Part shown: piece by piece, positions 1 through 12,377 of the stretch
Position numbering within the stretch: the first letter of the stretch is position 1
Layout: each line of letters begins with the position of its first letter
NCBI GenBank assembly: GCA_973895155.1
Contig: OZ316898.1
Location: forward strand, 8,233,079 to 8,297,078
Reading direction: 5' to 3'
DNA length: 64,000 nucleotides
DNA from: Marsupella aquatica
Taxonomy: Eukaryota; Plantae; Marchantiophyta
The notes under the pieces: model-generated
What the model was told of the DNA's origin: nothing
Database searches by the model: none
The model's input: the letters and a program-made list of their open reading frames with translations, nothing else
Translations under genes and position numbers: made by a program

Positions 1-300
1 CAGGGCTGACAGTAGGGTAGAAACAATAATATGAAGGTAATGGCGGTGACACTCGACTCGTCTGATTCACGTTCTACGCGAACAAAAATATGGCACTAGG
101 GTAGTAACAGGCAGGTAATGGCTATGACACTTGACTGGTCTGATTTTATGTTTGACGCTAACAGGGATGACAGTAAGGGACTATCAAGCAGGTAACAGCG
201 ATGATGACACTTGACTGGTCTGATTTATGTTTGACACTAACAGGGATGGCACTACGGAAGTAATGAGCAGGTAATGGCGATGGCACTTGACTGGTCTGAT
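1..300. repeat. Diverged tandem array of about four ~78-bp units (core GCAGGTAATGGCNATGACACTTGACTGGTCTGAT)
   Basis: The core recurs at ~33, 111, 188 and 267, with spacing 77-79 bp. The array may extend beyond the left edge of the window. Confidence 0.8.
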
Positions 301-382
301 GCGAGGGACAGGACGGGACGACGGGACGGGACGTGCGATTCCGTGGGAGGAACAGGCGATCGAGGCGAGGTGAGGTGACGGG

Positions 383-720
383 AGGAGAGGAGAGGAGAGG
401 AGAGGAGAGTAGAGGAGAGGGGAAAGGGGGAGGAGAGGATACGAGTCTTGTACGTGAGTCGGCTCGTTGCGTTGCTCGTTCATGAGAGCGCGAGCATTCG
501 TCGATGTGATCCCGAAATCCCGAATGCATTTTGGATGCCGTGCACGGCTCGGACGGCGAGCTATCCGTCGGTCTGTCTGTCTGTCTGTCTGTCTTTCTGT
601 CTACAGAAAGGCGGTGACTGGTTTCCATTTGGGTAGGAAACACATCGTGGACGGCTTCTTCGTCCTTCGCAGTCGCGATTGTCCTCTGTTCCGTTCTGTT
701 CTGTTCTGTTTTGTTTGTGC
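383..720. repeat. Microsatellite cluster (GGAGA)n, (TCTG)n, (GTTCT)n in the presumed ARK promoter/5' leader
   Basis: Directly visible at ~383-420, ~572-602 and ~688-712. Confidence 0.85.
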
Positions 721-1962
721 AGCGGACGCCCCGGGACTCGGCAAGCAAGGAAGGAAGGCGGAGGCGAAGGCGAAGAAGGGGATCGATCCTTATTCTTGGA
801 GAAGGAGCGACACTCGTACCACCGGAATGAAATAATGCAACAATGTTGGGCGACGAGAGATCGTGAACTGGTTTGACTTGGCTGAGGCTTCCGCTGTTGC
901 TCACGCTTGTCAACGATGGGGAAGCAGCTGTGTGGCTGGAATTCCGACGACATGCGATCAACAATGAGGATGATGGGGATGTTTTGCCAATTTTCACGAA
1001 CATCGAGTCCGGGGAGCGGAGGAGCGAGTTGATGAGGGAACGAACGAATGGACGGAGGCTGTTTTCTTCGATCGTCGGGTTGCGAGGGCAGAGGCAATGC
1101 TAGTAATGGCCAGGCGAGAATGACGAGAGTGGTCGCGAGTGATTGAGTAGGTTGGTTCCGAATGCAATGCACGCCTGCATGCAAGCAAGCAAGCAATCCA
1201 GGGTGTGATCGATTTATTCAGGTTTGTTGAGTGATTGCGTGAGGACGGGGCGGCTTTGGGAGGACGCCTGGGCTTGGGTTCGCGTTTACTTCGCTTGGAT
1301 TTTATTCGGGCCACGGGGATAATGTCTCCGTAAATTCGGTACCGGATCGAGCGTTGGTCCTGCCGTACGAATGTTTACCTTTCTAATATCGTTGCCTCTC
1401 CTGGCAATCAGCGACGACGTTCGGATCGGAACTCGTGGCTGTGGTGGGGAGCCATGCGGTGTTGTTGGAAAGATCACTTCCCGGCCGAATGCAATTCCGT
1501 CATAGCAAATCTTCTTCCTGCTAGTCGTTCTAGTTTTAATCTTGGTTGTGGAAAGGACCGGCGTAGGAATAATAGTAGGTGCGTCGACGAGATTTGTAAT
1601 CCACAGTTACGGTATCTCTCTCCGTCTCGGGCTGGTTCCAAGGCGTCGAAGACCACATGACGATGGATATGATGAATGTTGGAAGTATTGACTTGTTACA
1701 CTGACGGACAACCCGGGAACGAGGTGATCTCCGGGTGGAAACAGGCGACTCGGGTGTGGATCTCCTCGCAGCAGGAAGAAAGCATAGCTAGAGAGAGAGG
1801 TAGATAAATGGCGACGGTCCAGGAGGGTGAGGAGGGAATGCTATCAATGTAGGGGTTCCATTATAAGGAGGAAGGCAAGACGTTTGCCCTGCTTTTATTA
1901 TTTGGTGAAACGTTTTCGCTTAATTCAAGGCGTCGGCAAGTTGAATGCGGAGGTAACACGAG

Positions 1963-4953
1963 ATGGCATTTGCGGCGTCCCCCCACAAAAATGGGAGTGG
2001 TATGGCCCCTCGCTCGGTGGTGCGGATGGCCGACAGTAGACCGGGCTCGGTGAATTCTAATTCCAAACCTGTGCCGCCTTCGTCGGCTGCTTCTCCTCCA
2101 ATGCGCCCCAAGTCAGCATCTCCCTCTTCGTCGATCGGGTCGGCTGGGAGGCGGAATTCCTTAAGTTCTTCGAAAGACGGCATCGATAAAGGAGTGCCGG
2201 GGCGAGTGAGGGTTGCGGTGAGACTTCGGCCTCGAAATGCCGAGGAAATGGTGGCCGATATGGACTTTGCTGATTGCGTGGAGCTTCAACCGGAGATGAA
2301 GAGATTGAAATTGCGAAAAAACAATTGGGATTGCGATACGTATCAATTCGATGAGGTGCTGACGGAAACCGCGTCTCAGAAACGAGTTTATGAGGTTGTG
2401 GCAAAGCCTGTTGTCGAGAGCGTGTGCGAGGGCTACAATGGCACCGTTATGGCATATGGTCAGACGGGTACTGGGAAAACCTTTACCCTCGGCCGTCTAG
2501 GAGAGGAGGACACGGCAGACAGAGGTATCATGGTGCGAGCGTTGGAAGACATTCTGGCAAATGTCACTTCTGCCGATGACTCTGTGACCGTGTCATATCT
2601 CCAGTTGTACATGGAGACAGTGCAAGATCTTCTGGCCCCGGAGAAGGACAACATAGCGATTGTGGAAGATCCCAAAACCGGAGATGTGTCAGTTCCGGGT
2701 GCAACGCAGGTGGAGTTGAAGGACCAACGTAGTTTCGTGCGATTGCTGGTAGCGGGAGAAGCCAATCGGTTTGCTGCAAACACGAAATTGAACACTGAAT
2801 CATCTCGGAGTCATGCCATTCTCTTGGTGAATGTTAGAAAGGTTGTGAAACCCAAAATTGGAGACAGGGACCTCGTGAACTTGAATGAGAATGGGAACAG
2901 TCCCCAGTTGGCTAAGGGATTGCGGGCAAGTACTGTGCGAAGGAGCAAGCTACTGATCGTTGATCTTGCAGGGTCAGAGCGTGTTGACAAATCAGGGAGC
3001 GAGGGGCATACGCTGGAGGAGGCCAAGTCCATCAATCTCTCTCTCACAGCTCTAGGAAAATGCATCAATGCTCTTGCTGAGAATAGCCCACATGTGCCCA
3101 TACGGGACTCTAAACTAACTCGAATGTTGCGTGACTCTTTCGGAGGAACGGCTAGGACCTCTCTGATTGTAACCATCGGTCCATCGCCTCGCCATCGGGG
3201 AGAGACTGCCAGCACGATAGCATTTGGGCAGAGAGCGATGAAGGTCGAGAACATGGTGAAGCTTAAGGAAGAGTTTGATTACAAAAGTCTTTGCCGGAGG
3301 TTTGAGACAGAGCTTGACAGACTTATGGCAGAAAACGAGAGGCAGTGGAAGGCAAGGCAGGATTCGAGAGAGGATTTCGAGAGAAGATTGGACGAGGCTC
3401 AAGAGGCAGTTGAGGCAGGTGAAGATAGACTTGCCATGGCGTTGCAGTCAGGGGAAGTAGAGGAGGGGAAGCTTAGGAAGGAGCTTGCCGATATGGTCGA
3501 AAAGTTGAAGAAAGCAGAGAGAGAGCTGAAGGACATTCACGAAAATTACCAACATCAGATTAAGGAGCGAGATTCGCATGCGGAGAGCCTGAAGCTACAA
3601 ACGGATCTTGCAGATTCCATGATCAAGCACCAAAAGGAACTCCAACAAGAGAAACAGAAGCAACAACAGGATATTGCAGAGGCAAATCGTAGATTGGCAA
3701 GAGAACAAGCAGAAAGGGAAAGGCTGGAAAGAGAACTTAAAGACACCACTCAACTGCTGCTGCAGAAAGAGTCTCTCGAGAAGAGTCACGAGGTGCAGCA
3801 GTTGAGATCGAAGCTGGAGAAGGAGACCCAGCTGAGGGATACCTTCGAGCTCGAAGTAAAGTCTCTTAAGTTGCAGCTATGCAAGCTGCCGAATGGGACG
3901 GGGACGAATCACGATGGGGAAATTCAAATTCTAAAGCGAAAGTTGGAGGAGGAGGTCAAACACAGAGAGATCTTGGAAGAGGAGGTTAGGAATCTGAAGG
4001 AGCAGCTGATGCACCTCGGTGATGATGGGGACGATTCTAGGAAGATCATTGACAAATTTGGATCTGGAAGAAGTTCAGATGGATCTCAAAGCCCAAGCAT
4101 CCACAAACAGGCAGCTCACATGAAGGATACAGTCAATGGGCAAAGAGCCACTATTGCAAAGCTATTTGAACAAGTGGGCTTGCAGAAGATCTTGTCTTTG
4201 TTGGAGTCAGAAGATGTTGATGTCCGTGTCCATGCTGTTAAGGTTGTTGCAAACCTTGCGGCTGAGGAGGCCAACCAGGAAAAGATTGTAGAGGCAGGAG
4301 GACTTGGTTCTCTGCTCATGCTGTTGCAGAGCTCTGAAGATGAGACTATTCGTCGCGTGGCTGCTGGTGCAGTTGCCAACCTTGCAATGAACGAAACAAA
4401 CCAGGAGCTCATCATGGCACAGGGAGGGATTGGTCTACTTGCCAGGACAGCTGATGATGCAGAGGATCCTCAAACCCTCAGAATGGTGGCAGGTGCCATT
4501 GCCAATTTGTGTGGCAATGACAAATTGCAGGTAAAGCTGAGAGAGGAGGGAGGCATCAGGGCGTTGCTTGGGATGGTAAGGTCACGTCACCCAGATGTTC
4601 TCGCTCAGGTGGCACGGGGTATTGCCAATTTTGCTAAATGCGAGTCAAGAGGGGCAGCTCAAGGGTATAAGAGTGGCAGATCACTGTTAATCGATGACGG
4701 GGCTTTACCTTGGATTGTTGCGAATGCAAACAACGATGCCTCTCCAATAAGGCGTCACATTGAACTCGCCCTCTGTCACCTCGCACAACATGAAGTCAAT
4801 TCCAAGGATCTTGTGGCAGGTGGTGCACTCTGGGAATTGGTACGCATATCTCGAGAATGCTCACGAGAAGATATTCGCAATCTTGCACAACGGACCTTGA
4901 ATGCAAGTAACACTTTCCAAACAGAATTGAAACGCTTACAATTAGTCTACTGA
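1963..4953 (+). CDS. ARK: Armadillo-repeat kinesin (ARK), 996 aa, single coding exon
   Basis: Kinesin motor motifs RVRVAVRLRP, P-loop GQTGTGKT, switch I NTESSRSH, switch II DLAGSER and HVPIRDSKLTR. These are followed by a long coiled coil and C-terminal ARM repeats (VRVHAVKVVANLAAEE, IRRVAAGAVANLAMNE, LRMVAGAIANLCGN). Confidence 0.97.
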   Translation: MAFAASPHKNGSGMAPRSVVRMADSRPGSVNSNSKPVPPSSAASPPMRPKSASPSSSIGSAGRRNSLSSSKDGIDKGVPGRVRVAVRLRPRNAEEMVADMDFADCVELQPEMKRLKLRKNNWDCDTYQFDEVLTETASQKRVYEVVAKPVVESVCEGYNGTVMAYGQTGTGKTFTLGRLGEEDTADRGIMVRALEDILANVTSADDSVTVSYLQLYMETVQDLLAPEKDNIAIVEDPKTGDVSVPGATQVELKDQRSFVRLLVAGEANRFAANTKLNTESSRSHAILLVNVRKVVKPKIGDRDLVNLNENGNSPQLAKGLRASTVRRSKLLIVDLAGSERVDKSGSEGHTLEEAKSINLSLTALGKCINALAENSPHVPIRDSKLTRMLRDSFGGTARTSLIVTIGPSPRHRGETASTIAFGQRAMKVENMVKLKEEFDYKSLCRRFETELDRLMAENERQWKARQDSREDFERRLDEAQEAVEAGEDRLAMALQSGEVEEGKLRKELADMVEKLKKAERELKDIHENYQHQIKERDSHAESLKLQTDLADSMIKHQKELQQEKQKQQQDIAEANRRLAREQAERERLERELKDTTQLLLQKESLEKSHEVQQLRSKLEKETQLRDTFELEVKSLKLQLCKLPNGTGTNHDGEIQILKRKLEEEVKHREILEEEVRNLKEQLMHLGDDGDDSRKIIDKFGSGRSSDGSQSPSIHKQAAHMKDTVNGQRATIAKLFEQVGLQKILSLLESEDVDVRVHAVKVVANLAAEEANQEKIVEAGGLGSLLMLLQSSEDETIRRVAAGAVANLAMNETNQELIMAQGGIGLLARTADDAEDPQTLRMVAGAIANLCGNDKLQVKLREEGGIRALLGMVRSRHPDVLAQVARGIANFAKCESRGAAQGYKSGRSLLIDDGALPWIVANANNDASPIRRHIELALCHLAQHEVNSKDLVAGGALWELVRISRECSREDIRNLAQRTLNASNTFQTELKRLQLVY

Positions 4954-7766
4954 GTCCTCAAAAGTTGACAAATTTATTTCCAAGTCAGGGGTGGTGTAAA
5001 TTAGAGATCAATGACCACCAGGACTAATTCTTTGTATCATTTTTACAGTCCACACCTCCCCCCTGATGACTGAATAGGATGACATTCCGGTGTCCTCTCG
5101 TCTCCTTGCGGTGTTGCATGTATTTGTTACACTAGAAACCATCTGGTATGAGTCATTACTTTGTTACAATGTAAACCATCTGACATGGATGTTTCTATTA
5201 TTGAGTCTTTCCAGAGCCAGAACTAACTGTCAAGGAAGGAGGTTTAGAACGCAGTATTATGGTCTGGGCTGCATGTATAGCCCAGACTGACTATCCCTAC
5301 CCAGGTCCTTCCACATGGCCAGGTGGTGTAATGTCACTGGTTGCTATGATCTATTTGTCAGTGGGCAATGTCTGGATCATGCCCTGGGCGTGGGACGATC
5401 GTCCGAGTCCTAATGAAAATAGGGTAGTCTGGATTGAGTTACAGTAGTCAACTTGGAAAAGTTAGATGGGATGTGTCTTTTCTTCAGGGGTCACTTGGGT
5501 TTTGTATCGTGGTATTTTTGCCTGGCATGAGGCACATGCCCGGGCTCATATGAGTTGGTTGTTTGGTGATAACAATTATAATTTGAAATATCCAGAACCT
5601 AATAAAGTTTGTAAGAAAGCGCTTACTCTAAATCGAACAGCTTCAGTTTGGATTTGTTGCCACCAAATTTCTGCAAGTGTATATTTTGTTCATCTCGTTC
5701 AGTCTTCGTTTGCGTGAGAAATTCATTCCTTCTTGTGGGGAGACTAGCTGTCTTGCATCATGATGTCCAATGTGTATATGCTGGTCCAGGCGTACATACA
5801 TTTCCCTGGAATGTCTTGGTACCTCAGCTCCTAGCTTTGCAGCCGGGCCACTGACGGACTCTAGAAAACTACAGTGTACCACGTTGAAATATTGGTCAAT
5901 CAGATTGCAGGCTTCATATAGGTATAAGAGTCCAGTTGACTTGGATTGTGATGTGCCAGGCTTTGAATTTGAACTAGCAATTCACGCGATTCGAAGTGAC
6001 AATGCTTTTGGAACTTATCCCAATGTGCACATTCTGTGTCTGGACCACTAAACCGTCGTTTCTCTTTCGTGCCTTAAAAAACATACTAAAGTGAAGCGTT
6101 GGCCAATACCTTTCACTCTCGCCAAACCGAATTCAAATGATGGAGCCCACATTCAAAACCTTTGTCAGTTTGTCTGATCAAACCAGAATTCAAATCAAAT
6201 GATGGAGCCCACATGCGACCTTTTAAAGAAATGTAGTGTAGGGGACTAGTGCTGAAGTTCATCGAAATGGGGCCCACAAAAAAGTACTTGTCGGGCCACA
6301 GATATAGAACGTTGGTGCAGAAGGCTCGTTTCCCAAAGTTCCTCTCACAGATTGGATTTTGAATGTATTGATGTTTAATTATTTAACTACATCCAGATGC
6401 GTGGGAAGTCGAAGCTTATTTATTTAAATATATCCAGAGGCGTGGGAACTGTTATGGACACAAATGGACACAAATGAAACGGTTAAATTTACTAGCACTT
6501 TACACTTATGTTTCAAAGACAGATGTAAACCTGTATTTGTCATAGAAGAACAAGTTTTACACTTGTGTTCCAAACAGAGATGGAAACGTGTATTTGACGC
6601 ATAATTGAGATTTTCAGTGGATTACTCTGCTATGCTGTATGTCCATTTAGAGGCCTCTACTCTCATTCAACTGAAGGAGTTAGGTTTCCACTGTTACCAT
6701 GTATCTATCTGGTTACACTTCCAGATCATGACACTGTAAGGTTCTAGGAGAATCATGGCATTATAAAGTTTTTGTGTCCATCCAAGTAGCAGAGTCAAAG
6801 ATCAGTCCCCTCCATGCCTAACATACAGGCCCTTTTCTGTAAGAGTTTATTTTAGATTGTGAGAGCAGAGGAAGTTTTGTTTCCCCATGAAAATTGTGCA
6901 ACAAGATCCAAAATGGGTCAGCTTGCAATACGTCCCAGCATCTCTTTGAAACCTTGTAATGCTCCATTAGCCATTTTCCTAAGAGCATTTTCTGCTCAAT
7001 TTGCATGAAAATTCCTAACCTAAATGAGGGCTTCAGGAGAATACATTGGGGTCCATCTGTTTCTCCACAAGGGAATATAGTTATTGGCAGGGAAGGGGAA
7101 GCCAAGGCTATGGTGATGAGATTTGTGAGAACCAAGACTTGGCGCATTGATGGTGGAGTGCACTATGCCTATGCATGGGTGAACAAACTGCTGCTGATGC
7201 ATATATCACCTCTGGGTGACTCATCTGCTCATGGTTTCACCCTGCCGTCTTGGCACTCCACATGCAATTGCCTTAGGCTAGATCACTACAGATATTCAAA
7301 AACCACACGTTTTGTGTATGTTGACAACTAAGAAACGAACACTAACTCTTCAATAGGCCCCTTCCAATTGTTGCTTGCTTACAACTAAATCACCTAAACC
7401 AAGATCAGTTAAAACTTGGGGAATTCACTGCTAGATTCCATCTTGGGGCCTTTGACACAGCTTGGGATGGCCCAGAGAGCAATCCCAAGCCAAGTGGGAT
7501 CATGGGGGTGCTCAACTGAGGTTCAATGGCCCTGGACTTCAGCCACGTGACCTTTTGGAGATCTGGAGTCCTGGATATTTCTACCTCAAGTTGCGGGAAA
7601 GTTACAGATTGAGTCTCTAGCCTGCGGGCTTTTCTTACGATAGCCAAAGATGGGCTCCCATAAACTTGACGGGAGTTCCCGTAGCACTTGAGTAACGAGA
7701 AGGCCTTATCTTGTGAAAGCCGAGCTTTGAGACACCCCTACTATATACATAACGCTTTTTGTCCAT

Positions 7767-7987
7767 AACCTTAACCATATTTTAAGTACATTGTCACTAA
7801 AGATATTTGAATTTACAATGTTACCAAGGTTTTTTTTTATCTAGAAAAATGTCACTATTTTAGTATATAGTTCCCCTATTTTGGTGAACTCGTCATTTGG
7901 TGAACTTGTCATTGAAACCTTGGCATTTTTATAAATACAAAGATAAGTACTGTAGTTACATGTAACCTTAAATACTTAGTTAAGGTA
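7767..7987. mobile_element. Degenerate AT-rich foldback/MITE-like element with ~70-bp imperfect inverted arms
   Basis: Left arm ACCTTAACCATATTTTAAGTACATTGTCACTA...CCAAGGTTT pairs with right arm AAACCTTGG...TAGTTACATGTAACCTTAAATACTTAGTTAAGGT. No TSD resolved. Confidence 0.55.
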
Positions 7988-8715
7988 CATTAAATTGTGA
8001 GGTTTGAGACCCCTCCCCCTAATTGACGACGATCTACAATCCCGAAAACCCAGTCCCCAAATTACTCATCATCCTCCGTCGTTCTCTCGTTTCGGCGTCG
8101 AGATGCGCGACATCAAGAGCTCGCTCGCTCGAGCCGAACGAAATCGGGGTTCGCCGGACGTTGCATTGTGTATTTCTCCATCGCGCCGTGCCTTCGCCAC
8201 CGACTCTCGTTGAGATAGTGCACTCCTGAGTACGACAGTGGTTGCAAGGGCAAAACAGAGAGTGGTCTTTCTTCGCTCTCCGAACTCTGAAGGCGACAAC
8301 AAGTTTTGAGGAATTGTGGGTGACGAGCATTCCTCGAAGCCTTGCTGTAGCCTCCCGTCCAGCCCCGTGCCACCCCCTTCGACTCCCTTCTGAATTCAAT
8401 GTGTGTCGATCTGCTCTGAGCCTCGTACTCGCGCGAGACTTTCCTCTCGTATTTCTGGCAGGTCTCGCGTTTGATCGAAGGGAACAGAAATCTCGTAGCG
8501 GATGAGCCGTCGTCACGTCCCTGCTCTGCTGCGCTGCTCCGTGGTTCAGTGACAGACTTCGTCCTTCTCGAAAAGTTGTCCCAACACCGCTTCTCCACCG
8601 CTGGCACAGCGGCTGCCGCCTGCTTCAATCTTCTCACGGAAACGACGCTCGTTCCCCGAATGGATCGATAGCTTTGCAGCTGTTTCTCACGCCATTCTGA
8701 CTTTTTCTTACGACC

Positions 8716-11700
8716 ATGAGGAGGGGGAGTTGGATTTTCCTCTGCAGGTTATATTCGAATGAGTCACAATTGCTTTCTATATTTAAGTGTTTGAAGTGGT
8801 TTACTAGAGCCTTAACATGAGGTTTTGGGAAGACTCTGTGGTGAGGGAAAAAAATTGCAGGAGCTCAAATTCCTTGGATCTTACGTCACTAATTCTGTAG
8901 AGAAATCCCACATTTTATTTATGTAGTTGGTCCTGCTAGCTTGTTCACAGCAGTAACAAGCAACAGGTTCATTTTAGTGATAAGGTTCCAATAGTTCCCA
9001 GGCTTGTTTGTCCACAGGAATAACAAGCAGCAGGGTTTTGTAAATGATACGGGTTGAATTTTGACCAGACCTGTTGGTTGGCTATACATAGAAGATATCC
9101 AATTACTACTTCTTAAGATCGTATGTTTGATAGCACAACTCGTGAAGGTCTTGAAGACATGGTTGTGCTTTGCTGGTCTCTGCAGTGTCTTGTGTTACAC
9201 TGCTGGAGTAGTGGCGGTATTGCTTCTACCTTTGCTGGCCAAGAACACCTACATTTCTGAAAATGCCTTGATGCCAGGTTTATACTCTCTCTTGAATCAT
9301 ATTTAGGTAGTGTATGTAGCTTTTCTACACTTACGAATGTGGACTATTCTTGGGTCGTAGTAACTTAGTGTAGGAAGGTGTTTCATGTTGTACTCTGAGA
9401 TCTCTTCGTCAAATGTTCTGGAGTGAGGGTTTAAAAATAGCTTAATTTTGTTGATGTTTGTTTCTGGATTCCCTTCTCTCTCAACTCTGATGGGTGCTTG
9501 AAGTTTCATAGAAGCTTGTTTGATCGTCATTTGCTTATAACATGCCGGGCTTGGTGACGTTCTCTGCACGTAGGCAATGTGGCTTTGATGGTTAATTTTT
9601 TACCTCGTCTCGTTTTGCAGGGTCGGGGAATCCTCTGTTTGGTAATTCAGACACTTTGGATGCACGAGCTTCAGCTACACAACTGATGACCTTGGTTTCT
9701 CAGGAGCAAGATTCACAGAGGTATGATCAAACGTCCTGATTTGAAAGAACATTTTTGCTCGTCTCTTTTCATGGCTACGATAATGAGTACTTCTGAGCGA
9801 CATATGGTTGACACTGTATTTGCCTTTCTTCCTTTTGTCCGCACCTTGAGTTTAATAGACAAATTTTCGTATGAAACCTAGGGAGAGGTCTTTGATAATT
9901 GTCTCGCATCTCTTGAAACCCCGTTAACTCACTTTTTGTTGGTATAACTGTTAAAATTGTGCAGACAAGTTTCAAGGTGGCTAATAGAGCAGATGGATGA
10001 TCTTGGCGTAGATTGCTACCTGCAGCCGTTCTTTCCTCCACAGTCCGCCTCCTTGACTGGCTATCTAACACCATCTCAACAGTTTAAGTGGAGTGCTTCA
10101 AACCTCAGCCAAGCCGATCACCTTGAAGGGCGTAGGGGTTTAGCTGTCAATGTCGTAGGCATCATCAGGGCTCCGCAAGGCGAGGGAAATGAAGCAATAG
10201 TGCTCGTAACTCCTTTTGACTCACAGAATTTCGGCCAGGACGATGGCCTCTCTTTAGGAATTGGTTTGGCTCTATTTGCACGACTCTCTAAGGCACTATG
10301 GATAGCCAGGGATATTATCTGGGTTGTTGCTGATGCAAGGTATGGTGCATACCCTGCTGTTGCTGAGTGGTTACGAGAATATCATGAGCCTAGACTGAAT
10401 GATTTCTCCATGAAAGCAAAGATAACATCTGACCTTGTGAAAGAGTTCATGGTTGAAGGACAGTTTTCTGGTGAGCAAAACTTTGTAAGTCTCAGTGATT
10501 TCAAGCGAGCTGGCACCATTGCAACCGGGCTGGTTTTCGACCTAAAAACTACCTCTGGAGAAACTCTGGGTGACCGTTTGGACCCCCTGAAATTGAGGGC
10601 GGAAGGCCCAAACGGTCAGATGCCAAATTTGGATCTCATAAATATAATTAACTCAATAGCCGTGTGGAGGGAAGGTTTGAGTTTGCAACTGGAGTCTCTC
10701 CCAAGCCTGAAAAATCGTGCTTGGCTCAATTATATTGGCCATATTCTGGGTAAACTGAGTACTCTAGCAAGACGTGCAAATCCAACTTGGGAGTTTGCTG
10801 CAGGCGCAGTTTCATACCCAAACACCTTGGCAACTCTCCTCAGCTCCATGTTTTTCCAGGTTTGTACATATTTTTCTAAACAAAATCGAAATTCATTGTT
10901 GAAGTTGGCGAAGGTATTTACTTTCCATTAGCAAGATCGAGTTTTTGTTTGTTCGGCCCTTGAGGCTTGTAGATATGGATAATCTCATTACCTTGGTGAT
11001 TACATGAGCTAAACGGTATGTGTATCATTTGCAAAAAGAAGGTTTAAAAGTATGTTCCTTGTCTCTGCGTTCTGGAAATTCCTCATTTCTGATCTTCTCT
11101 CCTGTAATATCACACAGGTTATTGGTTTACCAACCGGTGCACATGGCGCTTTCAGAGACTATCAGATTGATGCCGTTACCTTGCAGTTCCCTGTAGGAGC
11201 ACCGGTTTTCGATTACCAACTAACGAAATTTGGCAGGTAATTATAAGCTTCAAGTTTTTGAATCCTGGATGTGTAGAGCCTCTGTAACAGGTTTAGCTGT
11301 GACATTCTACCATCCTGGATCTGTTTATCACTCCAAAGTCTAATATTCTGTAGCTGAATGGAGTATATATTTGTGGGATGCACGATGATGGAAAATCGCC
11401 TACTTTACTGAGGTTTTGTGAACAGGCTTCTCGAAGGAGTGCTGCGGTCTGTGAATAATCTCCTTGAAAAGTGGCATCAATCCTTCTTCTTATACTTTCT
11501 ATCTGCTCCGCACAAATATATATCTGTGGGTGTTTACATGCAACCGTTTGCATTGTTGCTCTTAAGTCTCCCGCTCACAGCAATAGGCTTATGTTTTCCT
11601 GCAAAAGACGAAGCGACGATGACACAAGAATTGAAGGAAGGATCTGCTTCCATCAAGGGCAGTGCGTCTGAGACTCCCACTAGTAAAAGTCACAATGGTA

Positions 11701-12377
11701 GTCCTGAAGGAGGCTCAGCAAGACAGGATTCAAAATGGTTACAAGCGTTGCTACTAGTCAGTTCAATTCAGATCTGGGCCTTCTTTGTCGCATTCATTCT
11801 GTTCCTGATCTCTAAAACAAGTTACTCGGCGCAGCTGAAATTTTCTGTCTGGTTGGTAGTAGTTGCTGCGAGCTTGAAGGTATCTTTGAGTGTCCCTGCG
11901 TTCTTTTCTGCCAGTGTGAGCACGTATCGCTCTCCTTTGAGACCTGGAAACACTCAACCCTGGGTGGCAGTTAAAGCGTTGACGTTGGGAGTAACCAGCA
12001 TCAGCCTTTCTGTAATGTCTACTGTTAACTATCCAGTTGCTCTCGTCGGAGCCTTGATACTTGTTCCCCTTTGTCTTGGGGTGTTTCCACTTCAATACAG
12101 CTGGAATTATGCTAACAGGCCCGGCAAATTTATCCTCACCATTTTTACGTTCGCTATGGGAGCATGCATGACGATGATAGGTTCCCCTCCTGGCCTTGCT
12201 TGGCTGGTATGGTCTTTAGGAGGTAATTTTTGGACTCCATCTCCTACCAACGTCTGGTATTTCATGGAAAGTTTACTGAGTTGGCAGAGTGCGCTATTTC
12301 CTTACTTGCTAGTGATTCATCTGCCGTGCTCAGTGCTTTGTATTTATATCCTTTTCTCGTCTCATCAACCCAATTAA
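8716..12377 (+). CDS. GAA1: GPI-anchor transamidase subunit GAA1/GPAA1; exons 8716-8747, 9186-9277, 9621-9720, 9965-10859, 11118-11236, 11426-12377 (729 aa)
   Basis: Family motifs LLLPLLAKNTYISENALMPG, EGPNGQMPNLDLIN, PTGAHGAFRDYQIDAVTL and LLEGVLRSVNNLLEKWHQSFFLY, plus a multi-pass hydrophobic C-terminus. All introns are GT-AG, phases are consistent and the total of 2190 nt is divisible by 3. The first exon is the least certain. Confidence 0.92.

Noticed and set aside
158-1196. Long ORFs (281 aa and 211 aa on -, 122 aa on +) upstream of ARK
   Set aside because: They are translations of microsatellite-rich leader sequence with no domain motifs.
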